A DNA stretch of 52,108 bases from a virus. Below the pieces are notes generated by a model. That model worked only from the letters and a program-made list of their open reading frames with translations, did not search any database and had not been told where the DNA came from. Location: the IMG/VR virus record IMGVR_UViG_3300045988_060999. The stretch is one strand, 5' to 3'. This document shows positions 27,539 through 37,840 of this stretch, piece by piece (within the stretch, counting starts at the first letter, position 1; each line of letters begins with the position of its first letter). Made by a program: the position numbers and the translations under genes.

Positions 27539-27572
27539 TTGACAAACAGAATCTAGTATGATAAGATATAAT
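27539..27572 (+). promoter_or_regulatory. sigma-A promoter of the replication operon
   Basis: TTGACA, 17-nt spacer, TGaTAAGAT, with an overlapping TATAAT. The leader reads CAGAAACAAG. Confidence 0.7.
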
Positions 27573-27621
27573 CAGAAACAAGAAAAACAAAAGTAAACAA
27601 AGAAAAAGGAGAAAACAAAAC

Positions 27622-28311
27622 ATGAAAAGAACAGACTTAGAAGCAATGAAAGTAGCAGAGTTAAAAAAGCTGACAAAAGAGCATGGTCTTACATTAGAAA
27701 GTAAAGGTCATAAGTTCAACAAAGCAGAACTCATTGACAGACTTGTAACATTAAAAGATATAACAGAGGAAACAAAAACAGAAGACCCAGTAAAAGATTT
27801 TGAGAATCTTGCAAATAAAGTTTCTGTTGTATCAGATGAAGAAGAAGCGTGGGATGAACCACTCACACAGGAAAATAAAGAAGCCGCAAAACAGGAGGGT
27901 ATTGAAACAAAAGAAGAAGAAAACAAAAGACCTGTACCGGGTGATTCAGATTACATTAAATTTGCAACGACATTGCAGGAAATTGAAACAAAATACGGAC
28001 ATGAAAAACAGACATATGTTTATGATAATATGTTAAAGGTTGGCTCATTTGTAGTGTTTATTCATTATGTAGAAGCAAAAGATGGTAATGTTTACAAGAA
28101 ACTGAGAACAGCGAAAGTAATTGGTGTAAACAGAAACAAGAAACTTGTAAGAGTGGAAACGCCGATGAAAGCTATCATGGAACTGACTTTCGAAGAATTA
28201 CTGTATATCAGAGAAGATACACCGGAATCAAGTTATCCAAATGATATCAGAAAATACATGAAACAGCAGAGAGAAAGAAGGGCAAGCCATGAAATCAGTA
28301 GAACAAATTAA
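27622..28311 (+). CDS. HeH/SAP-motif protein with an acidic linker, hypothetical
   Basis: MKVAELKKLTKEHGLTLESKGHKFNKAELIDRLV. Confidence 0.55.
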   Translation: MKRTDLEAMKVAELKKLTKEHGLTLESKGHKFNKAELIDRLVTLKDITEETKTEDPVKDFENLANKVSVVSDEEEAWDEPLTQENKEAAKQEGIETKEEENKRPVPGDSDYIKFATTLQEIETKYGHEKQTYVYDNMLKVGSFVVFIHYVEAKDGNVYKKLRTAKVIGVNRNKKLVRVETPMKAIMELTFEELLYIREDTPESSYPNDIRKYMKQQRERRASHEISRTN

Positions 28312-28822
28312 AGAAAGTGTGCAGAAGTTATACAAAGCACAGCAGGACAAAAAGAAGTTCGACAAGTACTACGATGATGTGAGAAAGAAAGAACAGTTGT
28401 GTATTAGTAACTGGATGTTTTCAAATTTGAAAAATGGAGAAAACAGTTTTACGGTAAAGTTGGACAATGGCATGGATTTCTATAGCAGTCCGGTCACAGT
28501 TACTGTAACAAAAGTAAGAAGAAAAAAAATCACATGGGACTTGGAAGCACTCAAAAAGAAGTTGTCTAAAGAAAAGTTCAAATTAGTTGTAAACAAACAA
28601 TACAGTATAAATGATATGTCAGGGTTAATAAGATATTTGAAACAATGCGGAGTTGACCCGAAGAAGTTTAAGAAGTTCATTGATGTTTCTGAAACATTAG
28701 ACGAAACAAAACTTGATACAATGTACGACACTGGGAAGTTGAAACAAGAAGAAATCAGAGGATGTTATGCAGTAGGAATGTCTGAGCCTTATTTCCGTAT
28801 CACGGAAGAAAAAACAATATGA
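28289..28822 (+). CDS. hypothetical protein
   Basis: ORF overlapping both neighbours. No motif recognised. Confidence 0.5.
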   Translation: MKSVEQIKESVQKLYKAQQDKKKFDKYYDDVRKKEQLCISNWMFSNLKNGENSFTVKLDNGMDFYSSPVTVTVTKVRRKKITWDLEALKKKLSKEKFKLVVNKQYSINDMSGLIRYLKQCGVDPKKFKKFIDVSETLDETKLDTMYDTGKLKQEEIRGCYAVGMSEPYFRITEEKTI

Positions 28823-29769
28823 TAAGGAAATACACTGGAAAAGACCTTGCAAAAGTATTAGTTTATTATGGAATTGTGGAACAGATAGAAACATCAGTAT
28901 TTAATATTATTTGTCCGTTTCACGATGATATAAACCCTAGTATGAGAATAAACTTAGAAGATGGTTCTTTTTTATGTTTCGGATGCGGACAAAATGGGGA
29001 TGCGTTAAAGTTTGTTATGCTTGCAAATCCAAAGCTAAACGAATTACAATGTTGTATTTTGCTCGAACAAATTATAAACAGCAAAGAGATAAAACAAATT
29101 GATGTAAAATACAGAAAAAAGCGCAGAGTGAATAACAGACAGTCATTGATAGAAGCAAAAGACTATTTCTATGGTTTACGTTCTGTTGACTGGAATATGG
29201 TAAAAGGCAAGGATGAAAAGGAAATTCTTGACTATATGAATAAAAGAGGATTTACAGCAAAGTCATTAAATGTTGTGGATTGCAGAAAAAATTACAATAT
29301 AGCATATCCTTTTGTTTTTCCAATTCTTGACAATGGAGTATTCAAAGGATGGGTTGGCAGGACAACAAATAAGCATACCGAAAAGAAGCGCAAATACCTC
29401 TATAATGACGGTTTTAGAAAGCGTGATACATTATGTGGTACATACTCAGAAAAAAGCGTTGTATGGCTATGTGAGGGCTTTTTCGACTATCTGAGTTTAA
29501 AGACAAGAGGACATATAAAAAATTGTTGTGCATTGCTAGGATGGCATATATCGGATGAACAGGTAAAGAAATTAAAACAAAAAAACATAACGACAGTTGT
29601 ATCTGCATTAGATAATGATAAATGCGGAGAAAAAGGAACAGAACTGTTGAAAAAATATTTTGATGTTATTCGTTTTCAATATCCAGAAGGTGTGAAGGAT
29701 GCAGGGGAAATGGATGAAAGAACATTGAAAAAACAAATATTAAAAACAAAAAGGAGTAGGAAACTATGA
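28819..29769 (+). CDS. DNA primase (CHC2 zinc finger plus Toprim)
   Basis: CPFHDDINPSMRINLEDGSFLCFGCGQNGDALKF; EGFFDYLS; DNDKCGEKG. Confidence 0.8.
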   Translation: MIRKYTGKDLAKVLVYYGIVEQIETSVFNIICPFHDDINPSMRINLEDGSFLCFGCGQNGDALKFVMLANPKLNELQCCILLEQIINSKEIKQIDVKYRKKRRVNNRQSLIEAKDYFYGLRSVDWNMVKGKDEKEILDYMNKRGFTAKSLNVVDCRKNYNIAYPFVFPILDNGVFKGWVGRTTNKHTEKKRKYLYNDGFRKRDTLCGTYSEKSVVWLCEGFFDYLSLKTRGHIKNCCALLGWHISDEQVKKLKQKNITTVVSALDNDKCGEKGTELLKKYFDVIRFQYPEGVKDAGEMDERTLKKQILKTKRSRKL

Positions 29770-30152
29770 AATTAAGTATTTCCGTTATTGTAGCGGCAAC
29801 ATTCGTTCATAAATCAGGAGAAAGTTTTAATGTTGACAAGGTTGTTCGAGAGGAGTATAATAAAGGTAGCGAAGAGTATGAAGCATTAGTGGAAGGATTT
29901 GAGGAAGCGACTGGCGTAAAGCAGAGCGAAACAACAGAAGAAGCATTTAATAAGCAGTTAGGATTGTTTGTGGCTGATGAAATCAGAAAAACATTGAAAG
30001 AAAGAATTGATAAAATTACACAGTGTACCAAAACATTATACATGGGAGATGCTACACATTGCATGGTAGAGTTTGGTGGTTGGATGTTTAACATGAAAGA
30101 TTTTAGCGCAGTAGCTTTTGAAGATACAAAAGTAAATGTTTCGTACAAATAG
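29766..30152 (+). CDS. hypothetical protein
   Basis: AAGGAG RBS. No motif recognised. Confidence 0.5.
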   Translation: MKLSISVIVAATFVHKSGESFNVDKVVREEYNKGSEEYEALVEGFEEATGVKQSETTEEAFNKQLGLFVADEIRKTLKERIDKITQCTKTLYMGDATHCMVEFGGWMFNMKDFSAVAFEDTKVNVSYK

Positions 30153-30179
30153 CAAACAAAACAAAAGGAGAATATAGAA

Positions 30180-31022
30180 ATGGGAAGAATTAAATTATCG
30201 AACATCAAAAGTGAGATTGCAAAGTCTGGAAGCAGTAAAGGAAAGTTTCTGTATTTTAAGGAGAACACAAAAGTGCGTGTGCGTTTTCTCACAGACTTAG
30301 AAGATGGTATGGAAATGCCTTTTCACGATAGTTTTGCGCTTGGTGTAAATGTTCCGTGTCAGGAATTATTCGGTAGGGAATGTCAGTATTGTGAGGATGA
30401 AAATTTACGCACAAGAAATATGTATGCATGGTCTGTATATGATTATGATTCGAAAGAAGTAAAAATCCTTATGTTTGCAGTAAATCAATGTTCGCCAGTT
30501 CCTTCATTGGCTTCTATGTATGAAAGTTATGGAACATTATGTGACAGAGACTATGAAATCAAGCAAGTAGGTTCTGGACAGGGTAAAACGTTCAGCGTTA
30601 TTCCGTTAGATAAATCAAAATTCAGAAATACAAAAGTAAAACCGCTGTCTGATGCATCCATTCTGAAATATGTTGACAAAGCATACCCGGCAGATAACTC
30701 AGAAGATTTTGAGGACGAAGACGAGGAAGAAACAAAACAGAGCAAAACAAAAGGTAGAACAAAACCTGCAACAAAAAAGAAAACGAAGCCAGAGCCGGAA
30801 GAAGAAAATGACTGGGAAGAAGACGAAGAAGAACAGGAAAACGATTATGACAGCATGAAGCCACAGGAATTATATAAGCTGTGTAAAGAAAGGGATATTG
30901 ATTGTAAGCCGAAAAAGTCAAAAGAATATTATATCGACCTGTTAGAAGAAGCAGACGAAGAAGACAGCAATGATGATCGGTCTGAGGATGAAGATTCTGA
31001 TGAGGACAATTGGGAAGAATAA
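30180..31022 (+). CDS. ssDNA-binding protein (T4 gp32-like Zn site) with an HeH motif and an acidic tail
   Basis: The His-x11-Cys-x7-CxxC pattern (FHDSFALGVNVPCQELFGRECQYC) resembles the gp32 zinc site. The long Asp/Glu tail ends in NWEE. Confidence 0.55.
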   Translation: MGRIKLSNIKSEIAKSGSSKGKFLYFKENTKVRVRFLTDLEDGMEMPFHDSFALGVNVPCQELFGRECQYCEDENLRTRNMYAWSVYDYDSKEVKILMFAVNQCSPVPSLASMYESYGTLCDRDYEIKQVGSGQGKTFSVIPLDKSKFRNTKVKPLSDASILKYVDKAYPADNSEDFEDEDEEETKQSKTKGRTKPATKKKTKPEPEEENDWEEDEEEQENDYDSMKPQELYKLCKERDIDCKPKKSKEYYIDLLEEADEEDSNDDRSEDEDSDEDNWEE

Positions 31023-31041
31023 AACATACAGAACAAAAATT

Positions 31042-31076
31042 AAGGGGTTGACAAATGTCAGCCCTTTTGTTATAAT
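31042..31076 (+). promoter_or_regulatory. overlapping terminator hairpin and sigma-A promoter
   Basis: AAGGGGTTGAC pairs with GTCAGCCCTTT, and a T-tract follows. The -35 TTGACA is at 31048-31053, and TGtTATAAT ends at 31076. Confidence 0.65.
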
Positions 31077-31136
31077 AAAGGTACAAACAAAGGAGAAAAC
31101 AAAAAAGTTAGTAAAACAAAAATGGAGGTAAGGAAA

Positions 31137-31529
31137 ATGTTGAGAGCAGGAAATGAAAGTATTGAAACGATTTTTGCAGTATATGAAAGAGAGTCAACAT
31201 TGTGGAAAAATGCAAATGCTTTTTATAAATCAACAGATTGGACAAAAATGGAATGTGGATTTATTGACTGGTCTAACATGAGAAGTTACCTGAGTGAAAC
31301 ATGGACAAGGTTTATCAATACAGTAACAAAAGAAGATATTACAGATAAGGTCATTGAAGAATCGTATTCAGACATGTATTTTATCAGATTGACAAATAAG
31401 AGTGGAAGAAACACAAAAACATTCACATTTAAAACAAAGAAGGAAGCAAATGAGAAATTCAAGAGTATTGTGAAAGAATATATAGAAAATAAATATACAA
31501 ACAAAAGTTTGTGGGTGAGAAGTTGTTAA
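31137..31529 (+). CDS. hypothetical protein
   Basis: GGAGGTAAGG RBS before ATG 31137. Confidence 0.5.
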   Translation: MLRAGNESIETIFAVYERESTLWKNANAFYKSTDWTKMECGFIDWSNMRSYLSETWTRFINTVTKEDITDKVIEESYSDMYFIRLTNKSGRNTKTFTFKTKKEANEKFKSIVKEYIENKYTNKSLWVRSC

Positions 31530-31592
31530 AAAGGTAGGCGGTTGAAACACGCCGCCTGTAGTTTAATAAAATAGAAAAGGAGTACAATATAG

Positions 31593-33866
31593 TTGGGTAA
31601 TTATTTTGATATGCATCGACACGATGAATACTCATTATTTGATGGATTCGGAAAGCCGGAGCAACTTGCAGTGGTAGCAAAAGAACTTGGCTATAAGGCA
31701 TTAGGAATTAGTAACCACGGTTCTATTAGCGGTTTAGTAAAACATTATCAAGCGTGTAATGAAGTAGGCATAAAGCCTGTAATGGGTTGCGAAGTATATT
31801 TTCAACCTGTGTACAAAAAGGAACAGCCAGACAAACATAGATACCATTTAAACCTATTTGCAAAGAATTTAAAAGGTTATCATAATCTTTGTCATATAAT
31901 GACAATTGCAAATACAGAACAGTTTTATTATAAGCCGATTGTGGATTTTAAGTTATTAGAAAAATACAGTGAAGGACTTATTTGTACAACAGCCTGTATA
32001 GCATCAGCAACTTCACAAGCTATTAAAAATGGTAACAGAAAAACAGCCAGTAAACTGTTAGACAAATTCAAATCAATCTTTGGAAAAGATTTATATATTG
32101 AAATCCAGCCATATAAAATTGATAACGAAGGAACGCAACAAAAAGTTGATTATGTTTTAATGGCAATGGCGAGAGAAAAACATATAAAATGTATTCTTAC
32201 ATCTGACAGCCATTATGGAAGAAAAGAAGATTTTGACACATATTGTAAAATGCATGAAATTGGAAAGACAACGTTAGACGTTAAAAATACATACAAAGAA
32301 AGATATATGCCAAGTGAATATGAAATCACAGATAGATTTGCAAAAATGTATAAAACAAAGTTTAAAAACGCTATGCAGATTGCAGAAATGTTTGTGGACA
32401 ATATGAAAGAAATATATAACAAGATTGAAGATAACATTCTTGAAGGATTGGAATTAGAGCTACCGGACTTAGGACTTGAAAATAGTAGAAAAGAACTACA
32501 ACGATTGATTGTAAAAGGACTAAAACAAAAAGGGAAATACAACAAAATGTATCTGAACAGATGCAAGAAAGAATTAGAAGTTATCAGCTATCATGGTTTT
32601 GAAGATTACTTTTTGATTGTGCGTGATTATGTTATGTGGGCGAAAAATAATGGCATTGCTGTTGGCGGTGGTCGTGGTTCTGTATGTAATTGCTTGATAG
32701 CTTATGCGATTGGAATTACTAATGTTGATAGCATCAAGTATAAATTGGATTTTAACAGGTTCATGCGTAAGGAAAAGAAAACACTGCCAGATATTGATTG
32801 TGATTTTGAAACAAGTAGGAGGCAGGAAGTTATTGATTACGTTATCAAAAAATACAAAGGTAAGGCTATACAGATATGTTCATATGGAATGTATGATATT
32901 GATAATCTTGTGAATGACCTTGCAAGCGTGTGTGGACTTAAAACAACAAAAGAAGTAGATGAATATGAAGCAAGCGAGAATAAAAGAACAATAGCGGAAA
33001 TCAAAGCATATATTAGAAGTTATGTTTTTGATGATGAACTAAACATGAAAGCATTATTACAGGATATGAGAACGCAAGAATTAAATGATAAATATGATAA
33101 CATTATAAAACATTTTTCGAAGATGTATGGAAAAATCAAATACCTTGGAAAACATGCCGCAGGAGTTGCAGTTGTTGGAACTGATATATCTGATTATACT
33201 TGTATTATAATGCGAGATAGAAAAACAGGTGCATTAAGTAGTTGTTATGATAAAGACGATCTGGAACATATTAATTGTGTAAAGTTCGACATGCTAGGAC
33301 TTAAAACAGAATCAGAAATGCGTGAGTTGGAACATCTGACAAATCATATTGTAACAGATGAAGAAATAGAAGACACGCTTGTTTTGGAAGCGTTTAGAAA
33401 TGGCCATACAGATGGCATTTTTCAGATGGAAAAATCAACACCAAAGAAAATCCTGTCTATGATACATTGTGATTGTGTGGAAGATGTAATTGCCGTAAAT
33501 GCATTAAACAGACCTGCGCCGTTACAGTTGAAAATGCATGAAACATATGCGTATAACAAACTGTCAGGAAAAGTTGACACAACAACGCCATATTACAAAT
33601 ACACAAAAGAAACTTATGGTACTATGTTGTATCAGGAACAGACCACAGAAGTTGCACAAAAAGTTGGACACCTTACAGAACAGCAGAGTTTTGATATGTT
33701 AAAGATTATGAAGAAGCAAGAAAACCTTACAAAGCCGGAATATGTTCCAATAATCGAACAAATGAAAAAAGACTTTTATAAGGGTTGTAAATCTGAAGGA
33801 CTAACAAAAGAACAAACAGACAGTATTTGGGCGAGTATGCTTATCTATGGATTTAATAAAGGTCAT
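31593..33866 (+). CDS. dnaE: DNA polymerase III alpha (DnaE-like), exon 1
   Basis: PHP motif MHRHDEYSLFDG...ISNHGS. Polymerase core GGGRGS and PDIDCDF. It ends at ...YGFNKGH, then drifts into 10 unrelated codons and a stop. TTG start. Confidence 0.85.
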
Positions 33867-35011
33867 CAATTTAAAAGATTGGGTGCAGTATACATGTAAA
33901 GTGTGTGCTGAAAACTTCCGAAATTGCTAGGACTCCCTAAAGACGAATGAGCTACAACATATATTGAAAGATAAAGTGTGAATGCGGAAGAAATTCAGAA
34001 AAAATCATTCGTATGCCATAAGCTGAAATAAAAGCGATTGACTAATCGTGCTACGTGGTATATAGTATATATAAATCCATATACTATAGAAATGGGTAAT
34101 TAGCAGTCAAGTTTACGGAGGTGTTATATATGTGTAAAAGAAAACTAACTATAGAGCAAGAAATACAATTAAAAGAGAAATATGAAAGCGGATATCAAGT
34201 AAAAGAATTAATGAACATATATGGATTCAAAACAAAGAAAAGCATCTATGATATTGTCACAAGGCGTGGTGGAAAAATGAGAACATTTCAAGAAGCATTG
34301 GAAGTTAAGAACCCACGCAGAAAAGCAAGTTTTAAAATAATAGATGAACCATTTAAAGCGTATTTTATAGGATTGATGCTAACGGATGGTTGGGTTCACA
34401 AGAATCAAATTTGCTTATCAATGACTGACAAAGATGTAATAGAATTCGTATGTAATTATTTTGGAAAAGAACCGACAATTATAAATAAAAGTGGAAACAG
34501 AAAACAGCAGTATAGATTCGTTATTGATTCAGAAAGAATCGTGAATGAGTTAAAAAGGTTTGGAGTAGTTGAACGAAAAAGTCTAACGCTACAGCCGCCA
34601 AAATTGAAAAAGTCAGAAGTGCAATATATAAGTTATTTATTAAGAGGAATCATAGATGGTGACGGATGGATAAGAAACGATGCAGGAGAATTTTTTATTT
34701 GTTCAATGTCTAAAGACTTTCTTGAATGGTGCAAGCGTGTTTTTGAAAATCATTATAATTTCATTCCATTGAATCTGGTGCAAAGTGAAAATGGTATATG
34801 GAGTTTAAGAAGCTCAGACGAAAGAAATATAATGTTGTTGTATGTTCATGTTTACTATAGTAGTTTTGGAATGCAAAGAAAATATAACAAATTCGTGAAA
34901 AGATTCAGAGAACATAATGGAAGGGACTAAGTGTTATAAAACATATGTCTTTGGTATGTTCCAAACCTTAACACGTTGCAAGCGTGGCACACGAAAGTGT
35001 GTGAGGTAAAG
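33867..35011 (+). mobile_element. group I-like intron carrying a LAGLIDADG homing endonuclease gene, inserted in dnaE
   Basis: It splits the conserved FNK(S/G)H|S.(A/G)YAL motif. The 5' exon ends in U (33866) and the intron ends in G (35011). The flanks are non-coding with locally higher GC. Confidence 0.7.
34130..34930 (+). CDS. LAGLIDADG homing endonuclease (double-motif)
   Basis: LMLTDGWV and LLRGIIDGDGWI. A GGAGGTG RBS lies upstream. Confidence 0.8.
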   Translation: MCKRKLTIEQEIQLKEKYESGYQVKELMNIYGFKTKKSIYDIVTRRGGKMRTFQEALEVKNPRRKASFKIIDEPFKAYFIGLMLTDGWVHKNQICLSMTDKDVIEFVCNYFGKEPTIINKSGNRKQQYRFVIDSERIVNELKRFGVVERKSLTLQPPKLKKSEVQYISYLLRGIIDGDGWIRNDAGEFFICSMSKDFLEWCKRVFENHYNFIPLNLVQSENGIWSLRSSDERNIMLLYVHVYYSSFGMQRKYNKFVKRFREHNGRD

Positions 35012-35461
35012 TCAACTGGCTATGCTCTTATAAGTTTACAGCAGATGTTCTATAAAATTTATTACCCAACAGAATTCTGGTATGTAAAAATAAAATATGC
35101 AGGAAGTGATTCAGATATCTATAAATATTCTGAGTGTGCTGTTAAGGATGGTGCAGTGGTAATGCTACCTCATGTCAATTACACAGCTAAAACAAGTATT
35201 CGTAAAATGGACGGAGAGAACGTTATACAGCAAGGTTTGAGTATTATTAAGGGTATCGGAGAAAAAGCCGCAGAAGCTATAGAAAAAGAGCGTAAAAATG
35301 GTGTATTCAAAGATTATGATGATTTCTACGATAGATGTAAAGGAAGGGCAGTAACAAGCAGGGTCATTGATATTTTAAAAGAACAAGGTGCATTGGAGTT
35401 CAAGAAGCAAAAGTATTTGAGTAGAGTAGTCAAATATAATAGCACTTTGATGGCGAGGTGA
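35012..35461 (+). CDS. dnaE: DNA polymerase III alpha (DnaE-like), exon 2
   Basis: STGYALISLQQMFYKIYYPTEFW continues the DnaE finger motif. An HhH-like GIGEKAAEAI follows. Confidence 0.8.
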   Translation, partial: STGYALISLQQMFYKIYYPTEFWYVKIKYAGSDSDIYKYSECAVKDGAVVMLPHVNYTAKTSIRKMDGENVIQQGLSIIKGIGEKAAEAIEKERKNGVFKDYDDFYDRCKGRAVTSRVIDILKEQGALEFKKQKYLSRVVKYNSTLMAR

Positions 35462-35465
35462 GAAT

Positions 35466-35591
35466 GTGGCAAAGTCATATGAACAAGCGAAAGACAAAAT
35501 AGAACAGGAATATAGCATATACATTGCAATCAAAGAAAATACACGAAACAAACGAAAGGGGAACGCAAAACAATGGAAGAAATTAAAGTAA
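35466..35591 (+). CDS. possible 41-aa basic peptide (below the track cut-off)
   Basis: GTG start 5 nt after GAGGTGA. It overlaps the start of the next gene. Confidence 0.3.
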   Translation: MAKSYEQAKDKIEQEYSIYIAIKENTRNKRKGNAKQWKKLK

Positions 35592-35917
35592 ATGATAACG
35601 TAAATCATCCGAGCCACTATGAAGGACACACAAGTATTGAATGTATTGATGCAATGATTTTAACATTCGGAGTAAAAAGGACAGCAGAATATTGTGTGCA
35701 AAATGCGTATAAATATATATGGAGACATGAAAATAAAAATGGTATAGAAGATTTGAAAAAAGCAGAGTGGTATCTTAATAAATTTGATGAACTCGTAACA
35801 TGGTGTGAAACAAAGTTTTCTGCGGAGGGAACAATCGAAACGAATTATCTGGAAATAGGACAGGTGTTGCGTGGAATGATTAAAACGGAAAGAAAGAAAT
35901 ATGAGGTAAACAAATGA
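35573..35917 (+). CDS. DUF3310-family protein
   Basis: HPSHYEG..IECIDAM......NAYKYIWR...K.G.EDL.KA.WYL. Confidence 0.7.
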   Translation: MEEIKVNDNVNHPSHYEGHTSIECIDAMILTFGVKRTAEYCVQNAYKYIWRHENKNGIEDLKKAEWYLNKFDELVTWCETKFSAEGTIETNYLEIGQVLRGMIKTERKKYEVNK

Positions 35918-36831
35918 AACAATTAAACAAAGAAGGAATTCTGAGATTATGTAATGAAATAGATAAAAAGGAAAAAGGTTCTGTATATAGTCTTGGAAGC
36001 AAATCGGATGCGTTAAAAATTCCGAGATGGTCAACAGGACTTACAGACCTTGATAACATTATCGGTGGTGGTGTTCCATGTGGAAGAACAATAGAAATTT
36101 TTGGTGCTGAGAGTGCAGGAAAAACAACGCTTGCTTATCAGATGTGCGCTCAACATGAAATGTGTTTAGATATTCCAATAGAAGGAACATTTGATTCAGA
36201 ACGTGCAAAGCTGTTCGGAAACCGTCCGAAACAAATGCTGGTGTATAGAGCAAGATATGGAGAAAAGGCTTTTAACCGTGCAATTCGATTTGCAGAGGAA
36301 GGAATACCATTAATCGTTATTGACAGTGTACCATCCTTACAGCCAAAGGATGATATCGACAAGATAAGAAAGGCAGTCAATACAGACAGTGAACAGGAGA
36401 TGCGTATCGGTGGTGTTGCTAGACTTATGGACAAGTATTTACCAACACTTGAGGATGTGATAGAACAAACAGGGACAACAGTTATTTTTATTAATCAGAT
36501 TCGTGATAAAATGAACGCATTGCCTTTTGGTGATAATATTCAAACACCGGGCGGTCATAAGTTAAAACATAGTGCAAGTCTTAGAATACAGGTAGCAAGA
36601 AAGGGATGGATTGAAATACCGAATCATAATCCATTTAACACAGAAGCGAAGGAAAGAATTGGTATCGTTATGAAAGTAAAAGTTGTAAAATCAAAAGTGT
36701 GTAATCCGATGCAATCTTGTGAAATCCCTATGTTCTTCGAAAGGGGTTTTGTAGATTTTGCAGACTTAGATTCTACCAGAAAAGAAATTATGGAAGAACA
36801 CAAAAAGAAATATAAGGAAATGTTAGAGTAA
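35914..36831 (+). CDS. RecA-like recombinase ATPase
   Basis: STGLTDLDNIIGGGVPCGRTIEIFGAESAGKTTLAYQMCAQ and LIVIDSV. Confidence 0.75.
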   Translation: MKQLNKEGILRLCNEIDKKEKGSVYSLGSKSDALKIPRWSTGLTDLDNIIGGGVPCGRTIEIFGAESAGKTTLAYQMCAQHEMCLDIPIEGTFDSERAKLFGNRPKQMLVYRARYGEKAFNRAIRFAEEGIPLIVIDSVPSLQPKDDIDKIRKAVNTDSEQEMRIGGVARLMDKYLPTLEDVIEQTGTTVIFINQIRDKMNALPFGDNIQTPGGHKLKHSASLRIQVARKGWIEIPNHNPFNTEAKERIGIVMKVKVVKSKVCNPMQSCEIPMFFERGFVDFADLDSTRKEIMEEHKKKYKEMLE

Positions 36832-36994
36832 TGCATTTGTATATTATAACATTTCTGAGAACATACGAAAATAATAAAGTTGTAGAACGAGATTTTTATT
36901 GTTATGCCGAGACAAGACAAAAGGCAATCAATAGATTTTGTTCTACAACGGACATAAACAAATCTTTCATAAAAACAATTCGAGAGGTAGAATA

Positions 36995-37840
36995 ATGGGG
37001 TTGATTGACGATATTAAAAAAGAAGCAGATAGGAATGGAACAAAGCTACAGAGTACGGAAGAACAAAAGATAGAACAATTATTGAACAGTTTGTTTTATT
37101 TGGATAAGAACATATCAGAAGAATTAAAGTTTTTGAAATCAGTTATGACAAGAGGTTCAGATACAACAGAGAGAAAAGGATTACACGCATCTTCTGTAAT
37201 TGTATCTGATGATAAATTTTGTTATAGACAGCAAGTATTATCATTATTTTACAAACAGTTACAAGGGGAACAAACAAAAGTAGGATTAAAAAGAATCTTC
37301 GCAGAGGGTGATGCTATTCACGAAAAGTGGCAGAGGTTGTTCATACGAGGTGGCTTGTGTGCGCCGTTAGACTGTGATTACAGCCGTTTTGACGAAGACT
37401 TTGACTTATCCTATACCCCGGATATAATATGCAAATTACCGGCAAATATGAGCCTTACAGAGCCATGTGACAAATGGGAAGAATATATTGTCGAGATTAA
37501 AAGTGTAAATACATACACATACAAAAAACAAAAGTATCATGCATCTGGAAGAAAGCAATGTCAGTTGTATATGTATCTTACCGGAATACATAAAGGAATT
37601 GTTTTGTGTGATGATAAAAACACACAGGAATTTAAGGTGTACCGATATGATTATAACCCGGCAGAGATTGCACCATATATTCGCAGACTTGAAAAAATAC
37701 AGGAATATAAAGAGCAACTTGTTTTGAATAAAAAGTTAGTGCCAAGGATGCCGCAATGTTCTTGTTATGGAAGTAAAAAAGCACAAGAATGTCCTATGCG
37801 TGATGTGTGTTTTAGAAAGTCGAAGGAGCGTTTAAAATGA
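36995..37840 (+). CDS. PD-(D/E)XK exonuclease, Cas4/RecB-like with a Cys cluster
   Basis: One N-terminal Cys (DKFCYRQQ), the core D...EIKS, and a C-terminal Cys trio CSCYGSKKAQECPMRDVC. Confidence 0.65.
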   Translation: MGLIDDIKKEADRNGTKLQSTEEQKIEQLLNSLFYLDKNISEELKFLKSVMTRGSDTTERKGLHASSVIVSDDKFCYRQQVLSLFYKQLQGEQTKVGLKRIFAEGDAIHEKWQRLFIRGGLCAPLDCDYSRFDEDFDLSYTPDIICKLPANMSLTEPCDKWEEYIVEIKSVNTYTYKKQKYHASGRKQCQLYMYLTGIHKGIVLCDDKNTQEFKVYRYDYNPAEIAPYIRRLEKIQEYKEQLVLNKKLVPRMPQCSCYGSKKAQECPMRDVCFRKSKERLK

